Shown here: positions 10,356 to 23,484 of the stretch, in pieces
Position numbering within the stretch: the first letter of the stretch is position 1
Layout of the letters: each line of letters opens with the position of its first letter
Assembly (NCBI GenBank): GCA_963830915.1
Contig: CAWHOE010000051.1
Coordinates: 96,001-160,000 of the forward strand
Reading direction: 5' to 3'
DNA length: 64,000 nucleotides
From: a candidate division FCPU426 bacterium
Lineage (GTDB): Bacteria > Oederibacteriota > Muellerivitia > Muellerivitales > Muellerivitaceae
Translations under genes and position numbers: made by a program
The notes under the pieces: model-generated
The model's input: only the letters and a program-made list of their open reading frames with translations
What the model was told of the DNA's origin: nothing
Databases searched by the model: none

Positions 10356-13300
10356 ATGGCTTTTTTGAGGCCGAACCAACTCAAATTACGATACCAACCG
10401 GGCTTCTTGGCTTTCGGGTTGCTGACCTTCGCTATTTTTTGGTCTTCAAACACAGCTAAAGGTCAAACACCCCAACCTACTCCACTTCTTACTGGAGCAG
10501 CCGCGACTTCATTGAACCCCCTGACCGCCGAGCAGGAAATTCAGATACTGGATGCCATCGACGCGAAATCCAACAGCCTCGATTCAATCACTTCCACAAA
10601 TACCACCCAGCCAGCCACTCAAGTCACTGGTTTATCACCCTCTGGGACGCCGACCTCAAATGCCCAGGTTCAATCCCCTATTTCTAACGTTACAGGGACT
10701 TCTAACCCCTCGGCGGCATCATTATCATCTGGGACAACGCCTACAATTGTTGAATCAGGGCCTCCGCCTGTGCCTTCGGGACTGACTGTTTTGATACTAA
10801 AGGAAGGTCTTTATCTTTCCTGGGACTCGGCCCCCGTTACTTCCTCAGTCACTGCTTATAACGTCTATCGGTCAACGACTCCTGGAATGGGGTACAAACT
10901 GGTCAATAACAAGCCTTTGAATGTTCCTTTCTTCCTGGATGGGGCTCAAAACAGCCTGAATCCCCCACGGAACGGGGAAGATTACTTTTACGTGGTCGCG
11001 TCGATTAATGCCAAAGGTGATGTGAGCCCCTACTCGGATGAGACGACAGTTCAGCCACAGGGCATGGATATCCCGGAAACAGAGGAACAAAAAAAGGAAG
11101 ATGAAAGAGCGCAAGCGACTCCACCTCCTCACAAGGAAACGGAGAAAGAACTGATTGTGCCGGAGAGCAAGATCATCAACCTGCAACTTCCCGCGGACAC
11201 CCAGCTTTCCATCCAGGGTTATAAAAAGATCGAGGCGGGTTTTACCTTCCAAAAATACGATCGTCCCGCCTTGAACGGTATCAATCCCGAAGTGGATACC
11301 ACCCTGGTCAACCAGGAGTTGGTGGTGAATCTGGATGGAAAGGTTGGAAAGAACGTAGACGTTCATGTGGATTACAGCGATGTGAATCGAGCTGGCGGTG
11401 TGGACCAGAGTAAACAGGAAATCTCCATTGTTTACCACGGTAACGATAACAGTCCAGTTCAGGAAGTATCATTTGGGGATTTGCAATTGAATCTTCCGAA
11501 CACTGAGTTTGCCGGCTTTAGCAAACAACTCTTTGGGCTCCAGGCCAAGCTCAAATTCGATCAGTTCCGTTTCACCACGTTTTTCGCGCAGACAAAAGGT
11601 ATCTCTGAGACCAAGGTTTTCACTGGCAACACTGTCCAGGTCGATAAGGTCATAAATGACGTTGATTTTTTGAGGTACAAATATTTTCTTATTACCAAAG
11701 GGCCGAATCTTCCTAAAAACAGCTCGGAACAGATCTGGGTCAACGCGGGAACAGGGTTGACCAATCCCACGGGAACAACAAATTTCATCGGACCTTATGA
11801 ACATTGGCTTCCAGGCCGGGACTATACGATCAATTATGCCACTGGCGTTATCACTTTCCTGAGGGCTCTTACCCAAAACGCGCAGGTCGTGGTGGCCTTC
11901 CAGGATACGAACGGGAACTACATCGGTTTCCTTCCCGATCACACCACTGTTGATGGTCTGAACACTGGTGGCGTAACCACCAACCTTGTTGTGCCCCCTG
12001 ATGGCGTGATTACCAATAGCGCTCATTTGTTGAAGAACAACGACACCACTACCAGTCCGCTTAACCTAGTCAATTATTTCGACCTCGGGCGGGATCAATT
12101 CATACCACCCCAGCAGGATCCCGGATTTTCTTTTCCAAATCATCGACCAAGGGACCAACAACGTATTACAAACGGGCCAGGGCGGGACTGCCAGCGCGCC
12201 TTGGGCTTACGTTATGGATCAAGACTTAAACATATTGACGGTCAACAATATCAATTACTCGGCTGTTACCGTAGCCGGCCTAAATGGTTCGCCTGTGACC
12301 GCCAATTTTGAGGAGAGGGCTTTTGTCGCTCCTGGTGACACAACCCTGGGAACTGCCACCAATGGAATTTATAACCTTAATACCACCCCTAATAGCCTTT
12401 ATCGCATTCACCTGAAGTACAAAACAAAACTGAACTTTTTCAATTTGGAAAGATTCAATATCATTCGTGGAAGCGATACGGTTTATCTTGACGGCCGTCA
12501 CTTACGTCGCGATGTGGATTACACCTTTGACTACACATCGGGTGTTCTGGATTTTCCGGATAAGAGCATATTACGGCCAGACAGCCAGATCGTAGTTACT
12601 TACGAATACGCTCCGTTTGGATCTTTTAACCAAAACAATATCCTGGGAGCCAGAGCCGAATACGACATCACAGACCATTTCTTCCTGGGTGGCACCTTCT
12701 TGAACAGTACGACACAACAGACAGTTGATGTTCCCCAGATCGGTTCCACACCCAACTCGCTTTCTGTTATCGATTTTGACACTAAATACGACTTGGGGCC
12801 GGAGGACATTCAGTCTGTGACAGGGTTGCTGCCTGGTCTAGGCAATTGGAAACCGCCTCTGGCTATAAAACTATCAGGTGAGGTCGCCGAGAGTTATTTC
12901 AACCCCGATACCTTTGATGCTGAAGGAGAAACGGGTGTGGCGATGGTGGATAACATGGAAGGAATAGATAATCTTACTGGACCCACCATGAACGCGACTA
13001 ATTGGGTCGTATCTTCTGAACCAGATTCGGTCAGCTACTTGAATTCCGTTACCTACTATGCCGGGAAAGACGCTTTGCTCAATAACCGGGTTCGATTCAT
13101 GTCTGTGGATGACAGTTATTATTTGCAGACGTTGGCAACAAATTCTAACACAGCGGTCACCCAGATCGGAGGTTTTGGAGGGCACGTCTATTCTCAGACC
13201 AACGCGGCCCAGGACCTGGTGCCGGTCTTGATGTTCCCTTATAACAGCTTGGACGATTTGCACTGGGCGGGAGTAAGACAAGTTCTTTCAACTACAGGAG

Positions 13301-16300
13301 AAGATCTTTCCAATACTCAGTACATCCAATCTTGGGTTTATAACGATGGGAATGACAAGTGGATAATGTTCGATTTTGGGATTATTAACGAATCTTCCAA
13401 TGATAATGATAATGGAGGGATTATCGAGTCTGATGCGGTATCGGTAATTAACATAAATGGAAATCAAATCTCAACGGATTGGGGTATTCCGGCTTACTAT
13501 TCAAATATCGGTAATGGCCCTGGTGTGAATATCCTTCCGCCGGTGTGCGGATCCAACGCGGTTTATACATATTACCCTAATGAGTCATCCACTCAGGAAG
13601 GTGCCCGCAACGGAATCGTTGATACTGAGGATATGAACGGCGATGGGATATTAGAGAACGACAATTCCTATTTTGAATATGGTGTGAGGGCCAATTGGAC
13701 TGGCTGGCACCTAATCAAGATACCCGTCAATTTTAACTCGACGACCGATTATCAAACAACTACACCGGATGGGATAAATTATTTCTTTCATAATCAAGGA
13801 GCGGCCAACGCAACTATCATTCGAGCCGCTCGTGTCTGGACGACGGGTACGACCCCTAATCCGACATCAGGATATTTTTTGATGGAAAGTTTTAGCTTTA
13901 CCAGAAACCTTTGGCAAATGGAAGTGGATCCGGACGCTAATGTCGACCAAGGTGTGACCGTAAATCCGAGTAAGTTCGACGCGAGTTCGATAAGCCAAGA
14001 TCAAGATTCCGGATATCAACCTACCTTGCGGTTCCTCACTGTGGCGCAAGATCAGAACCAAAATTCCATTTTAGCTAAAGAAAAATCCTTAAAACTTTCC
14101 TATAACGTATCTTCCGTGGATTACGAGCCAGCTGGTGATATCAATGGGAAGCCTATCTATTACGCTACCCGCTATTTTAGCCAGGGTGTTGATTTTACTG
14201 ATTTCCATGATCTTCGATTTGATATATTCGCGCGAACTTCAGTACAACCCGGAGACACTCTTTTCATTAGGTTGGGAAATGATCAAAAAAACTATTACCA
14301 ATACAATATTCCCTTGTTGTCGTCCTATCAAAATCTTTGGAATACTGTGTCCATAGCGATAGATGGGTCAGGAGGGAACCGGCAAGTGGTTGGGACCCCC
14401 TTCGTCAACCGATCGTCGCAGATCAGCATCGGGGTCGTCAACCCTAACGCTCCAAACGGTCAAACCCGAGAGATATGGATCAATAACCTGAGGGTGGCGA
14501 CTCCTAATCAGAGGTCGGGATTGGCCCGTCGCGCTAATGCCGCCATCATCCTGGGGGATAATTTTGCCACGATCAACGGCCGATACCGGGAGGTAGACTC
14601 GGGTTTCACTGAAATGGACCAAACTTCGACCCATTTTCAACATTCCAAGCAGTTAGGCGCGGACTATTCTTCTAGCGCGATCAAATTATTTTCCCAACCT
14701 TTAGTCACCCAATTCTCTTATACCCACCAAAATACTTATACAGAACAAGGTTTATTGGATAATCCGTATTTTAGCGCGTTACCCGATACCGACGTCCAAA
14801 ATGCGACAGGAAGCATTTCCTACACCAAAGATCTGGGGCCTGGCTTTGGGCGACTCACTAAAGTGGTTGTTTCAGGCAGTACCAACTATGAAACAGACAA
14901 TTATCAATCGGCTTATCTGACTCAACCAGGCATTCAAGGTGATACTAACAAAGGCGAGGATGTCTTCACGGTGGCTTCCACTTACGACGCTCCCGGGAAG
15001 TTGATTTTCCTACCGATCGGTACCAACCAATTCACCGAGACTTTCTCATTAACCCATGACAAACAGGATTTTACTAATTCGGCATTGAACCTGGCTAATT
15101 ATGACCGAACAACCCGTAATCAAGTCTACGGATGGACCAATACTACGGAAATCATCAAAAATCTGAATATAACGCCCGGCTATACCCTGACTTTTGTGGA
15201 CGCAATAGGGAACACTAATTCACCGGGGGTGCCTGGGGAGGTTGATAGTTACACTCTGTTCCAACGCCGGGATCAACCCAAGGCTGGGGTGGTTTACAAA
15301 GGCATTCCTGGACTGGTCCCATCTGTGGATTACACGGGTAGTAAACAAGAGGATGATGTGACTTATCCTGATGGCCCTAGATTGACTACTTCTAACACAA
15401 TGAATTACTCAGTCAATTTGACGCCTGGCACTTGGATACCGCTAGCTCAAAAGATCAATTTGACGGTTTTTGGTGGACACACAGAAAGTCGTAGTGAGTC
15501 CATCCCGAATTTCACAAGCCTTCCTTTGAATTTTGACGAGTTATGGCTAACCAACGCGCCCTTTGACCAGGGCGCTTTGTTTGGTAGTAAATCGTCGTCT
15601 TATCAATTAAATGGCAGCTTCAGATTATTTGATATTTGGGATTTCCGTCCCACTGGGACTTGGACCGACCAATTCTCTCTTCTTTCTCTTGGGACCAATC
15701 CAACTCAACAACAGGGAAAGACATTGGGTTTGACAACCATTTTTAGCCACAAACTCTTGTCTCTTCCTTTGATCGCTTTGAATTTTACTTCCGCTCAGTT
15801 TCAATACACACATACGGACAATACTCAATGGGATAGCGGAAATCCACCAGTCGTAGACAACCAGACTTATAGTGACGTTTATTCATTTACCTTGCCTTAC
15901 GACATCAATCAGAAGGCACAAGGGAATTTCCACATTCAACATTCCCAAGGTCTACAGAACGCCAGCGGTGTGATAACCAATCAACAGGAAAATACATTCT
16001 CTGTTGAATACAACCAGAAGTTTCTGCAGAACCAGTACTTGCATATTCCTTTCACGAATTGGAAGATCAAGTTTGATCAGGCTTTAGAATTCCGCGGTAC
16101 GTTCCTGATGGATTTTGTGAACAATAGCTGTCCTTCTTATCCCACGAACAGCGTTTTAACGGATAAGTACCGTGTTACAATCGACTTTAATTACAATGCT
16201 ATGAAAAATCTTAGGGTAGGTCTTGGTTTAGCTAATGAATATTATACGGACCATGAGAATCCCTATTTGGGATATACCCTGTGGCAAGTTAATGTTTCGG

Positions 16301-16317
16301 CGGAAGCTAGGTTCTGA
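10356..16317 (+). CDS. sprA: SprA-like (T9SS translocon-like) giant outer-membrane protein with N-terminal FN3 domain; split by a 1-nt frameshift near 12120
   Basis: SprA-type motifs GRDYTINYATGVITF, VYLDGRHLRRDVDYTFDY, DTEDMNGDG..NSYFEY, GWHLIKIP, FIRLGNDQKNYYQY and EIWINNLRV; beta-barrel end ...AEARF. Removing one C from gatcccggat joins ORFs 10335-12311 and 12214-16317 into about 1990 aa. Confidence 0.75.
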
Positions 16318-16332
16318 TTTAGAAGGGAAAAG

Positions 16333-19300
16333 ATGGGAATTGGATTACGGAAAAATTTTATGGGACTGATAAGATTATTTAAACCCGGATGTTTGGCGCA
16401 ATTTTGGGTTTTCTTTATCGTGTCGATGGTTGTTTTCCAATCTCCGATAAGATCTTCTGCCCAATTAGCCCCGCCGACCGGCCTGACAGCTGTTTCCCCC
16501 TACAATGGACAAGCTAACCTTCAGTGGACGCCGGTGGCTACAGAAAGTCCTACCGCTTATCTGATCCAACGCGTTCTTCTGGATTTAACCGATACTCCGA
16601 CTCCCACCCCCACTGGTACTTTGACACCTACCGATACACCCGTTCCAGTTGCCGTGGTATCAGGCGGAACGACCGGATATCAGGATGATCAGGTGACCAA
16701 CGGACGGAATTATCAATTCCAAGTGGCTGTTGTGGATGCGTCAGTATCCTCGACAGGGGTTTATTCTAATCCAATCACCTATATTCCTTATTCCGTCCCT
16801 GCCGCGATCCAGCTTGTAACCGTTCAAGATCTCCATTCAAATGCTTTGGATCTTTCTTGGGGAATTCCTCTTTCCACATATCCTGTAACCAATTATATTG
16901 TTTACCAGTACATCAATCTGGCACCCTCCCCCACTCCAAGTTATACTTTCACCCCCACCTATACTCCAACTGTTCCAACAGTTACTCCGTCAGGGACCTG
17001 GACCGCTACTTTCACCTATACACCAACCCATAGCTATACTTTGACTAATACATTTACACCTACTCCATCCCTTTCCATTTCACAATTCCTGGGCCTGGCT
17101 CTTCCTATCGCTACAACCACTTCAACTAGCTTTACGGATTTTTCCCCTGGCACTTATGGCTCCGCGTATTTTTCCTATGCGATAGTGGCCCAGGATAATC
17201 AGGGAAATTTAGGACTTGCACCTAATAACTCAACCATGCCGATGCAGGCTGAAAATTTGAAACCGTTGGAACCAACCCTTTCTGGATTAATTTCCCTCTC
17301 GGTAACCCCTGTAATAGGGGGTCTGGGGAATGATGGATACGGTGTCAGACTCATCTGGAATGGCGCCCTGGCTTCGGAAGGAGTCACTGAATATCAAGTT
17401 CTGGCTAACAATACTCCGATTGCCACCATATCCTATTCCACGCCTGTGCCAACCGCAACTTATGACGATGTGACCATTCCGCTGTCTTCCAGGTCGAGTA
17501 ATCTAACCAATTACAGTCTTGTTGCTTCTAATAGCTTTGGAACGGTTAATTCTGGCACGGTTCCTGAGAATATCTTGGCGGCTAGTATTCCTGGTCCCTT
17601 GGTCGTGACACCGGTCGCCACCTCGAATTCAGTGACATTGACCTGGACAACGGGTACCGCAGGAACTTATGGATTGATTGGTTACCACCTTTATAAGGGT
17701 TATAGCGGGGTGCCGACGCCTTTTCTGCCAACTCCCGGTCTGGGAACCAATACACCTACCGCAACGCCAACTCCGTTCCAGGTCATTTATATCACCCCGT
17801 CATCTACCCCCACGGTCATAGCAGTCGATACAATCGCAAACGCTAACCACTTGAGCTATTGGGTCGTCCCTTTTGACGCGGTTACTTTGGATGGGTTAGG
17901 CGCCGCTGCAACACCTGTATCATTGAATTTGGCACCTACCCCTGTGACAGCTCTCACTGCTTTGACACCAGTAGGGAACAATATTATTCAGGTGAGTTGG
18001 TCGGTCGCAACGCCTGGATTTTATGGAACACCTCAATATTACGAGATCTACCGGGAGATTCAAAAACCAACTCCGTCGGGTACTTTAACGCCAGTGCCTA
18101 TCGCGACTGTCACTTATAGTCAGAATAGTTATACAGATAATGTTCCCAACGCGACGCCAAATGCTGTCATTGCCTACCAGGTTGCGGCGGTGGACGATCA
18201 GGGAAACGCTTCTGATCTTTCAGCTTTTTCAAACGGTGTTAGTGCCGTAACAGCTTTGGCTCCTCCGCTGGCACCTATGGTTCAACCGGCCGTTGGTTCA
18301 GCCTCAACCTTAGTGTTTTCTTGGATTCCCAATCCGGCGTCGGACGGGGTGGACAGTTATTATCTTTATAGTGCTGGAACGAATTTCACTATGACTCCTT
18401 CACCCACACCTTTGGCGATCGTCACGCCTTCACCCACAATGAACATTGTCGCGACAGCGTTACCCTGGATGGTTTATTCCAATTATCTGCAGGCCCATAA
18501 TGCCGCTGGATTCAGTGCTCCAGCCACTCTTTCAGGTATTCCGGTCACCGATTACCAAGTCACGGCGGTTATGGCGTCCGGTTCCAGGACCATGTCTGTA
18601 ACTTGGAACTTGAACCCACCAGCGGGATCAACTCCTGCCATCGATAGTTTTGGCATCTATCGTTCCAACACGACGGGCGCTAATTTTACGCCCATTGCGA
18701 CTGTGTCGTTTCCAAATCCAGGATTTCCTGCGACCCCTTCATTTAATGACTCGAATTTATCGGCTGGGGTAAGTTATTCCTACCGTGTGACCATCCGTTC
18801 TGATGGTCCCACAACATTGCTGGCTGAAAGTCCTCTTTATCCAACAATGACAAGTACGCCTGAGGCTTCCAGTGGTACCTGGCCCAATCCGCCAACGGGT
18901 GTAACGGCTATTGGTGGGATAACCCAGACCAGTCTATATTGGGCTTCTAACCTCGCTTCTGATAATGTTCTGAGTTACGTGATATTCCACAATGGAACAC
19001 CCACGACAACAGTGACTCCCAGTCCGACCATGATGGCCGCCTTCGTTGAAACGCCTCAATCGGTATCAACCTACTGGGTCGTAGCACAGAATGCCCAAGG
19101 CCCCAGTAATCCGTCTGTTCCATCTGCGGACTTGATGGCTCCATCGTTGACACCTACTGTTATATTGACACCGCCTGCGTGGTTGTCACCGACACCTAAC
19201 ATGACACCAGCCTATCCGCCGTTAGTCTGGATCTCAGGACTAACTTATTCGGGCTCGGTAAGTGGATATACCATCAACCGATCTACTGATCCTGGTTTTA

Positions 19301-21045
19301 CTTGGTTTACTCCTGTTGCGACAGTGACCAGTCCGACCTCAGTCCTTTCCGACATTGGAGTTACTGGGTATGTGAATTATTACCAAGTTTTGGCCAACAA
19401 TGGGTCCGGAGTTTCCGCGAACCCCTTGACCGTGGGTTCTTCCTCGATATCACTTTGGCCAAACCCACCCAACCCGTTGTCAGTATTGGCAGGACCTAGT
19501 GCAGTCACTCTTTATTGGTCCACGCCCCAAGGAAATGTACCTGTCTCTATTTATGATGTTTTTCGTAGTACTTTTGCGGGAGGGCCAAAGGTCCTAATCG
19601 GGGAAATTACCCCTTTGCCCATACCAACGATGTCGCCGACTCCTAATCTTTTTGTTGATTCACCCCCAAACATCGGGACAAGTTATTACTATTGGGTGGA
19701 TGCCCAAGCCGCTGGTTTGGTGAGTACGCCAAGCATAGAGCAGGCGGGGATACCCATGATTGGACCAACCCTACAGATCACAGCCTTACCGAGCGAGAAT
19801 ATCCTGAATTGGTCCCCGGTCACGGTTTCGACAGGTTCCAGCGTGACAGGTTATGCCGTTTATCGGATGGCTATGCCCACGCCTGTATCTCCGAGTCTAA
19901 CTCCGGTATTCTTACAAATAGGACCGATCCTGGAGGGATTATCCAATACCTCTTACGCCGATACGAGTATTACGGATTCAACTTTCTATATTTACAAGAT
20001 AGCTGCCACATCAAATACTAACAACCCCGCTACAGTTCTCTCGACATTCTCAAACCCTTGTTCTCAGTTGGTGCTCCCGATGCCAGTCGCCAACTTGGAA
20101 GCTGTTGGGGGGGATGGGTTGGTCCAACTTCGTTGGAATTACCAGGGGCCACAGACTTTCCTCTATAATATCCAAAGAAAGTTGGGAACCGCGCCGGATA
20201 GCGCGTATCAAATCTTGAAGAACGGATATCAAGGAACGGATTTCTTGGATACCGGACTTCAAGATAAGACTTTTTATACCTATCAAGTTATTACAGTGGA
20301 TTCGACTGGGTTGACTTCCACTGCGCAAACCGTCAATGCCTTGCCTGCCAAGCCGCCATTGGTGTTGAATCCCATAGTCTCGTTAAGCCAGGGTAAGGAT
20401 TTAGCTAATGGAGAAGCCCAGACCGGCAACACTCTGGGATGGTATCCAGCCAACCTCACTCTTTCAGGGTCGGTGACCTTTGACCCAACTACTATGTATC
20501 CTTTAGGTGGTTACCACATATATCGTTCTCCCAATGGGGGAGGCAGTTTTGACGTTGGGACATTCATTGGTTCAGTGCCTGCCACTCCGGCTTCAGCGGT
20601 TACCGTTGATTATTTAGACCCGGTTCAATTATTGAACGGTCAAACCAACACGTACCTGATCAGGGCATTCGATGCCCCTCCTGATGTGCCTGTGACCAAT
20701 GTGAATATGGTCCATGAAACACCTTATAGTCCCATCACTGCCTATCCTTTAAGCGCTGGAGCTGCTTTGGATCGCAATGCCATTCGGCCTTTCGGGGCAG
20801 GGAACGAACAGGTGGTCAATATCCGATTCGTGGTCACTAACCCGGGCAACGTTGAAATCAAGGTTTATACTCTTTCCGGGACTTTCGTAAAGGAAGTAGT
20901 GAATAAATATTATGATACCGGCGTTTGGTGGTTTTCTTGGAATGCTCATAACATGAACGGTTCATTGGTCGCATCGGGCGTTTATCTGGTGTCGGTCGAG
21001 ATGAACGGTCATCAGGAAATTGATAAGGTTGCAGTCATTAAATAA
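16333..21045 (+). CDS. large secreted fibronectin type III repeat protein with Thr/Pro linkers and C-terminal FlgD-Ig/T9SS-sorting-like domain
   Basis: Many FN3 units (PTGLTA..LQW..Y.IYR..F.D..Y.Y.V.A); C-terminus NIRF..VEIKVYTLSGTFVK..WNAHNMNGSLVASGVYLV..KVAVIK. Confidence 0.8.
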   Translation: MGIGLRKNFMGLIRLFKPGCLAQFWVFFIVSMVVFQSPIRSSAQLAPPTGLTAVSPYNGQANLQWTPVATESPTAYLIQRVLLDLTDTPTPTPTGTLTPTDTPVPVAVVSGGTTGYQDDQVTNGRNYQFQVAVVDASVSSTGVYSNPITYIPYSVPAAIQLVTVQDLHSNALDLSWGIPLSTYPVTNYIVYQYINLAPSPTPSYTFTPTYTPTVPTVTPSGTWTATFTYTPTHSYTLTNTFTPTPSLSISQFLGLALPIATTTSTSFTDFSPGTYGSAYFSYAIVAQDNQGNLGLAPNNSTMPMQAENLKPLEPTLSGLISLSVTPVIGGLGNDGYGVRLIWNGALASEGVTEYQVLANNTPIATISYSTPVPTATYDDVTIPLSSRSSNLTNYSLVASNSFGTVNSGTVPENILAASIPGPLVVTPVATSNSVTLTWTTGTAGTYGLIGYHLYKGYSGVPTPFLPTPGLGTNTPTATPTPFQVIYITPSSTPTVIAVDTIANANHLSYWVVPFDAVTLDGLGAAATPVSLNLAPTPVTALTALTPVGNNIIQVSWSVATPGFYGTPQYYEIYREIQKPTPSGTLTPVPIATVTYSQNSYTDNVPNATPNAVIAYQVAAVDDQGNASDLSAFSNGVSAVTALAPPLAPMVQPAVGSASTLVFSWIPNPASDGVDSYYLYSAGTNFTMTPSPTPLAIVTPSPTMNIVATALPWMVYSNYLQAHNAAGFSAPATLSGIPVTDYQVTAVMASGSRTMSVTWNLNPPAGSTPAIDSFGIYRSNTTGANFTPIATVSFPNPGFPATPSFNDSNLSAGVSYSYRVTIRSDGPTTLLAESPLYPTMTSTPEASSGTWPNPPTGVTAIGGITQTSLYWASNLASDNVLSYVIFHNGTPTTTVTPSPTMMAAFVETPQSVSTYWVVAQNAQGPSNPSVPSADLMAPSLTPTVILTPPAWLSPTPNMTPAYPPLVWISGLTYSGSVSGYTINRSTDPGFTWFTPVATVTSPTSVLSDIGVTGYVNYYQVLANNGSGVSANPLTVGSSSISLWPNPPNPLSVLAGPSAVTLYWSTPQGNVPVSIYDVFRSTFAGGPKVLIGEITPLPIPTMSPTPNLFVDSPPNIGTSYYYWVDAQAAGLVSTPSIEQAGIPMIGPTLQITALPSENILNWSPVTVSTGSSVTGYAVYRMAMPTPVSPSLTPVFLQIGPILEGLSNTSYADTSITDSTFYIYKIAATSNTNNPATVLSTFSNPCSQLVLPMPVANLEAVGGDGLVQLRWNYQGPQTFLYNIQRKLGTAPDSAYQILKNGYQGTDFLDTGLQDKTFYTYQVITVDSTGLTSTAQTVNALPAKPPLVLNPIVSLSQGKDLANGEAQTGNTLGWYPANLTLSGSVTFDPTTMYPLGGYHIYRSPNGGGSFDVGTFIGSVPATPASAVTVDYLDPVQLLNGQTNTYLIRAFDAPPDVPVTNVNMVHETPYSPITAYPLSAGAALDRNAIRPFGAGNEQVVNIRFVVTNPGNVEIKVYTLSGTFVKEVVNKYYDTGVWWFSWNAHNMNGSLVASGVYLVSVEMNGHQEIDKVAVIK

Positions 21046-21047
21046 CG

Positions 21048-21800
21048 ATGTTTAAAACCATTAAAATAATTCCTCGTTGGTTGACCGATTCGCTCTTCCC
21101 CAAGATATGCCGTTATTGTGGGGATACATTTTCTGATGGCCTGGCGAATGTACTCTGTCGATCTTGTTTTGAACTACATCCGCGGTACGAAGAGCCTGTC
21201 TGTGACCATTGCGGTTTTCCCCTTCCTGACCGAGGCTTTGAGGATGCTCCGAGAAAAAGATGTTCCGATTGCGGGGATGGAGAATTTCAGTTGGATCATG
21301 TTAGATCTTATGGTTCGTATGAAGGTTCTTTACGGATCGCCCATCATGCTTTCAAGTTCGAGGGAATGGAATCGTTCAAAAAGGATATAGTTTTGAAAAT
21401 GCTAGAAACTATACCGGACGAATTTTGGAAAGGAGTGGATTGTCTTTGCCCGATTCCGATGAGTTCGGATCGAGAAAGGGAAAAAGGATATAATCCGTCC
21501 TATTCATTAGTGGAAGAAATTTCCAAGAGGAAAAGCATCCCTATGAAGAGATTATTGTACAAAACTCGAGTCACGAAGCCTCAAATGTCCTTGAGTAAAA
21601 AAGATCGGCTGGAAAATCCAAAGGGTTCTTATGGATTTATGGCAAACCAAGGAAAAGGGGGAAGCGGCCCTCGGAATGTGCTTCTTGTGGATGATGTTTT
21701 CACCACCGGGGCGACTTTAGAAGAATGCGCTAGGATTTTGAAGGTGGGAGGGATCGTTTGGGTGGGAGCCCTTGTTTTTGGCCGGACTCCGCATCATTAA
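21048..21800 (+). CDS. comF: ComF family protein (double zinc ribbon + phosphoribosyltransferase)
   Basis: CxxC clusters, REKGYN, LLVDDVFTTGATL. Confidence 0.9.
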   Translation: MFKTIKIIPRWLTDSLFPKICRYCGDTFSDGLANVLCRSCFELHPRYEEPVCDHCGFPLPDRGFEDAPRKRCSDCGDGEFQLDHVRSYGSYEGSLRIAHHAFKFEGMESFKKDIVLKMLETIPDEFWKGVDCLCPIPMSSDREREKGYNPSYSLVEEISKRKSIPMKRLLYKTRVTKPQMSLSKKDRLENPKGSYGFMANQGKGGSGPRNVLLVDDVFTTGATLEECARILKVGGIVWVGALVFGRTPHH

Positions 21801-21949
21801 TGGACTGTAAATGAGTTTTTTATATCGACTGGTTGTTGGTTAAAGCCAGAATTAAGAAGCTTTCCCGGACTAAGCTCGGAAATTAAATTGCTGATTTATT
21901 TCAAAAGACGTAATTTTGTCAACTTCCCCAATATGATGGTCGCTATTGA

Positions 21950-23014
<1,065 letters not shown>

Positions 23015-23035
23015 TAACCCTTTTAGGGGTGACGA

Positions 23036-23463
23036 ATGGTTCCTGCTGTTTGGTGGATTATCACGGCGGTTGTTTTTTTCATTTTGGAAATGGCAACCGC
23101 CTCTTTTTCTTCCTCTGGATCGGCGCCGGGGCTGTTTTGACGGCGCTGACCAGTCTTTTTGCCGATAAAGACTGGATCCAGTACACGGTTTTCGCTGTTT
23201 CTTCCATCCTCCTAGTTGTCCTGAGCAGGCCTTGGGCCAAGCTTTTTTCTGGCAAAAATATCCGGCTTTCCAATGTCGACGCCTTGATCGGACAAACTGG
23301 TTCCGTGACCAAGGTGCAACGCGACTTCCCTTGGCAGGGATATATCAAAGTGGGTGGTGAAATGTGGAAAGTCGAGTCCGAGAACAAAGTGCCTCTTACC
23401 TTAGAAGGTAATGTCGTGGTTTTAGAGGCTCGGTCTAATGTTCTGGTCGTTAAGGTTCAGTAA
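23036..23463 (+). CDS. nfeD: NfeD-like C-terminal partner-binding protein (1-nt frameshift near 23104-23108)
   Basis: ATG 23036 reads MVPAVWWIITAVVFFILEMATASF. Adding one T to the T5 run continues into FFLWIGAGA...LIGQTG..GYIKVGGEMW. Adjacent to an SPFH gene. Confidence 0.8.
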
Positions 23464-23484
23464 AGGTTTTGAAAGGAGCTCAAC

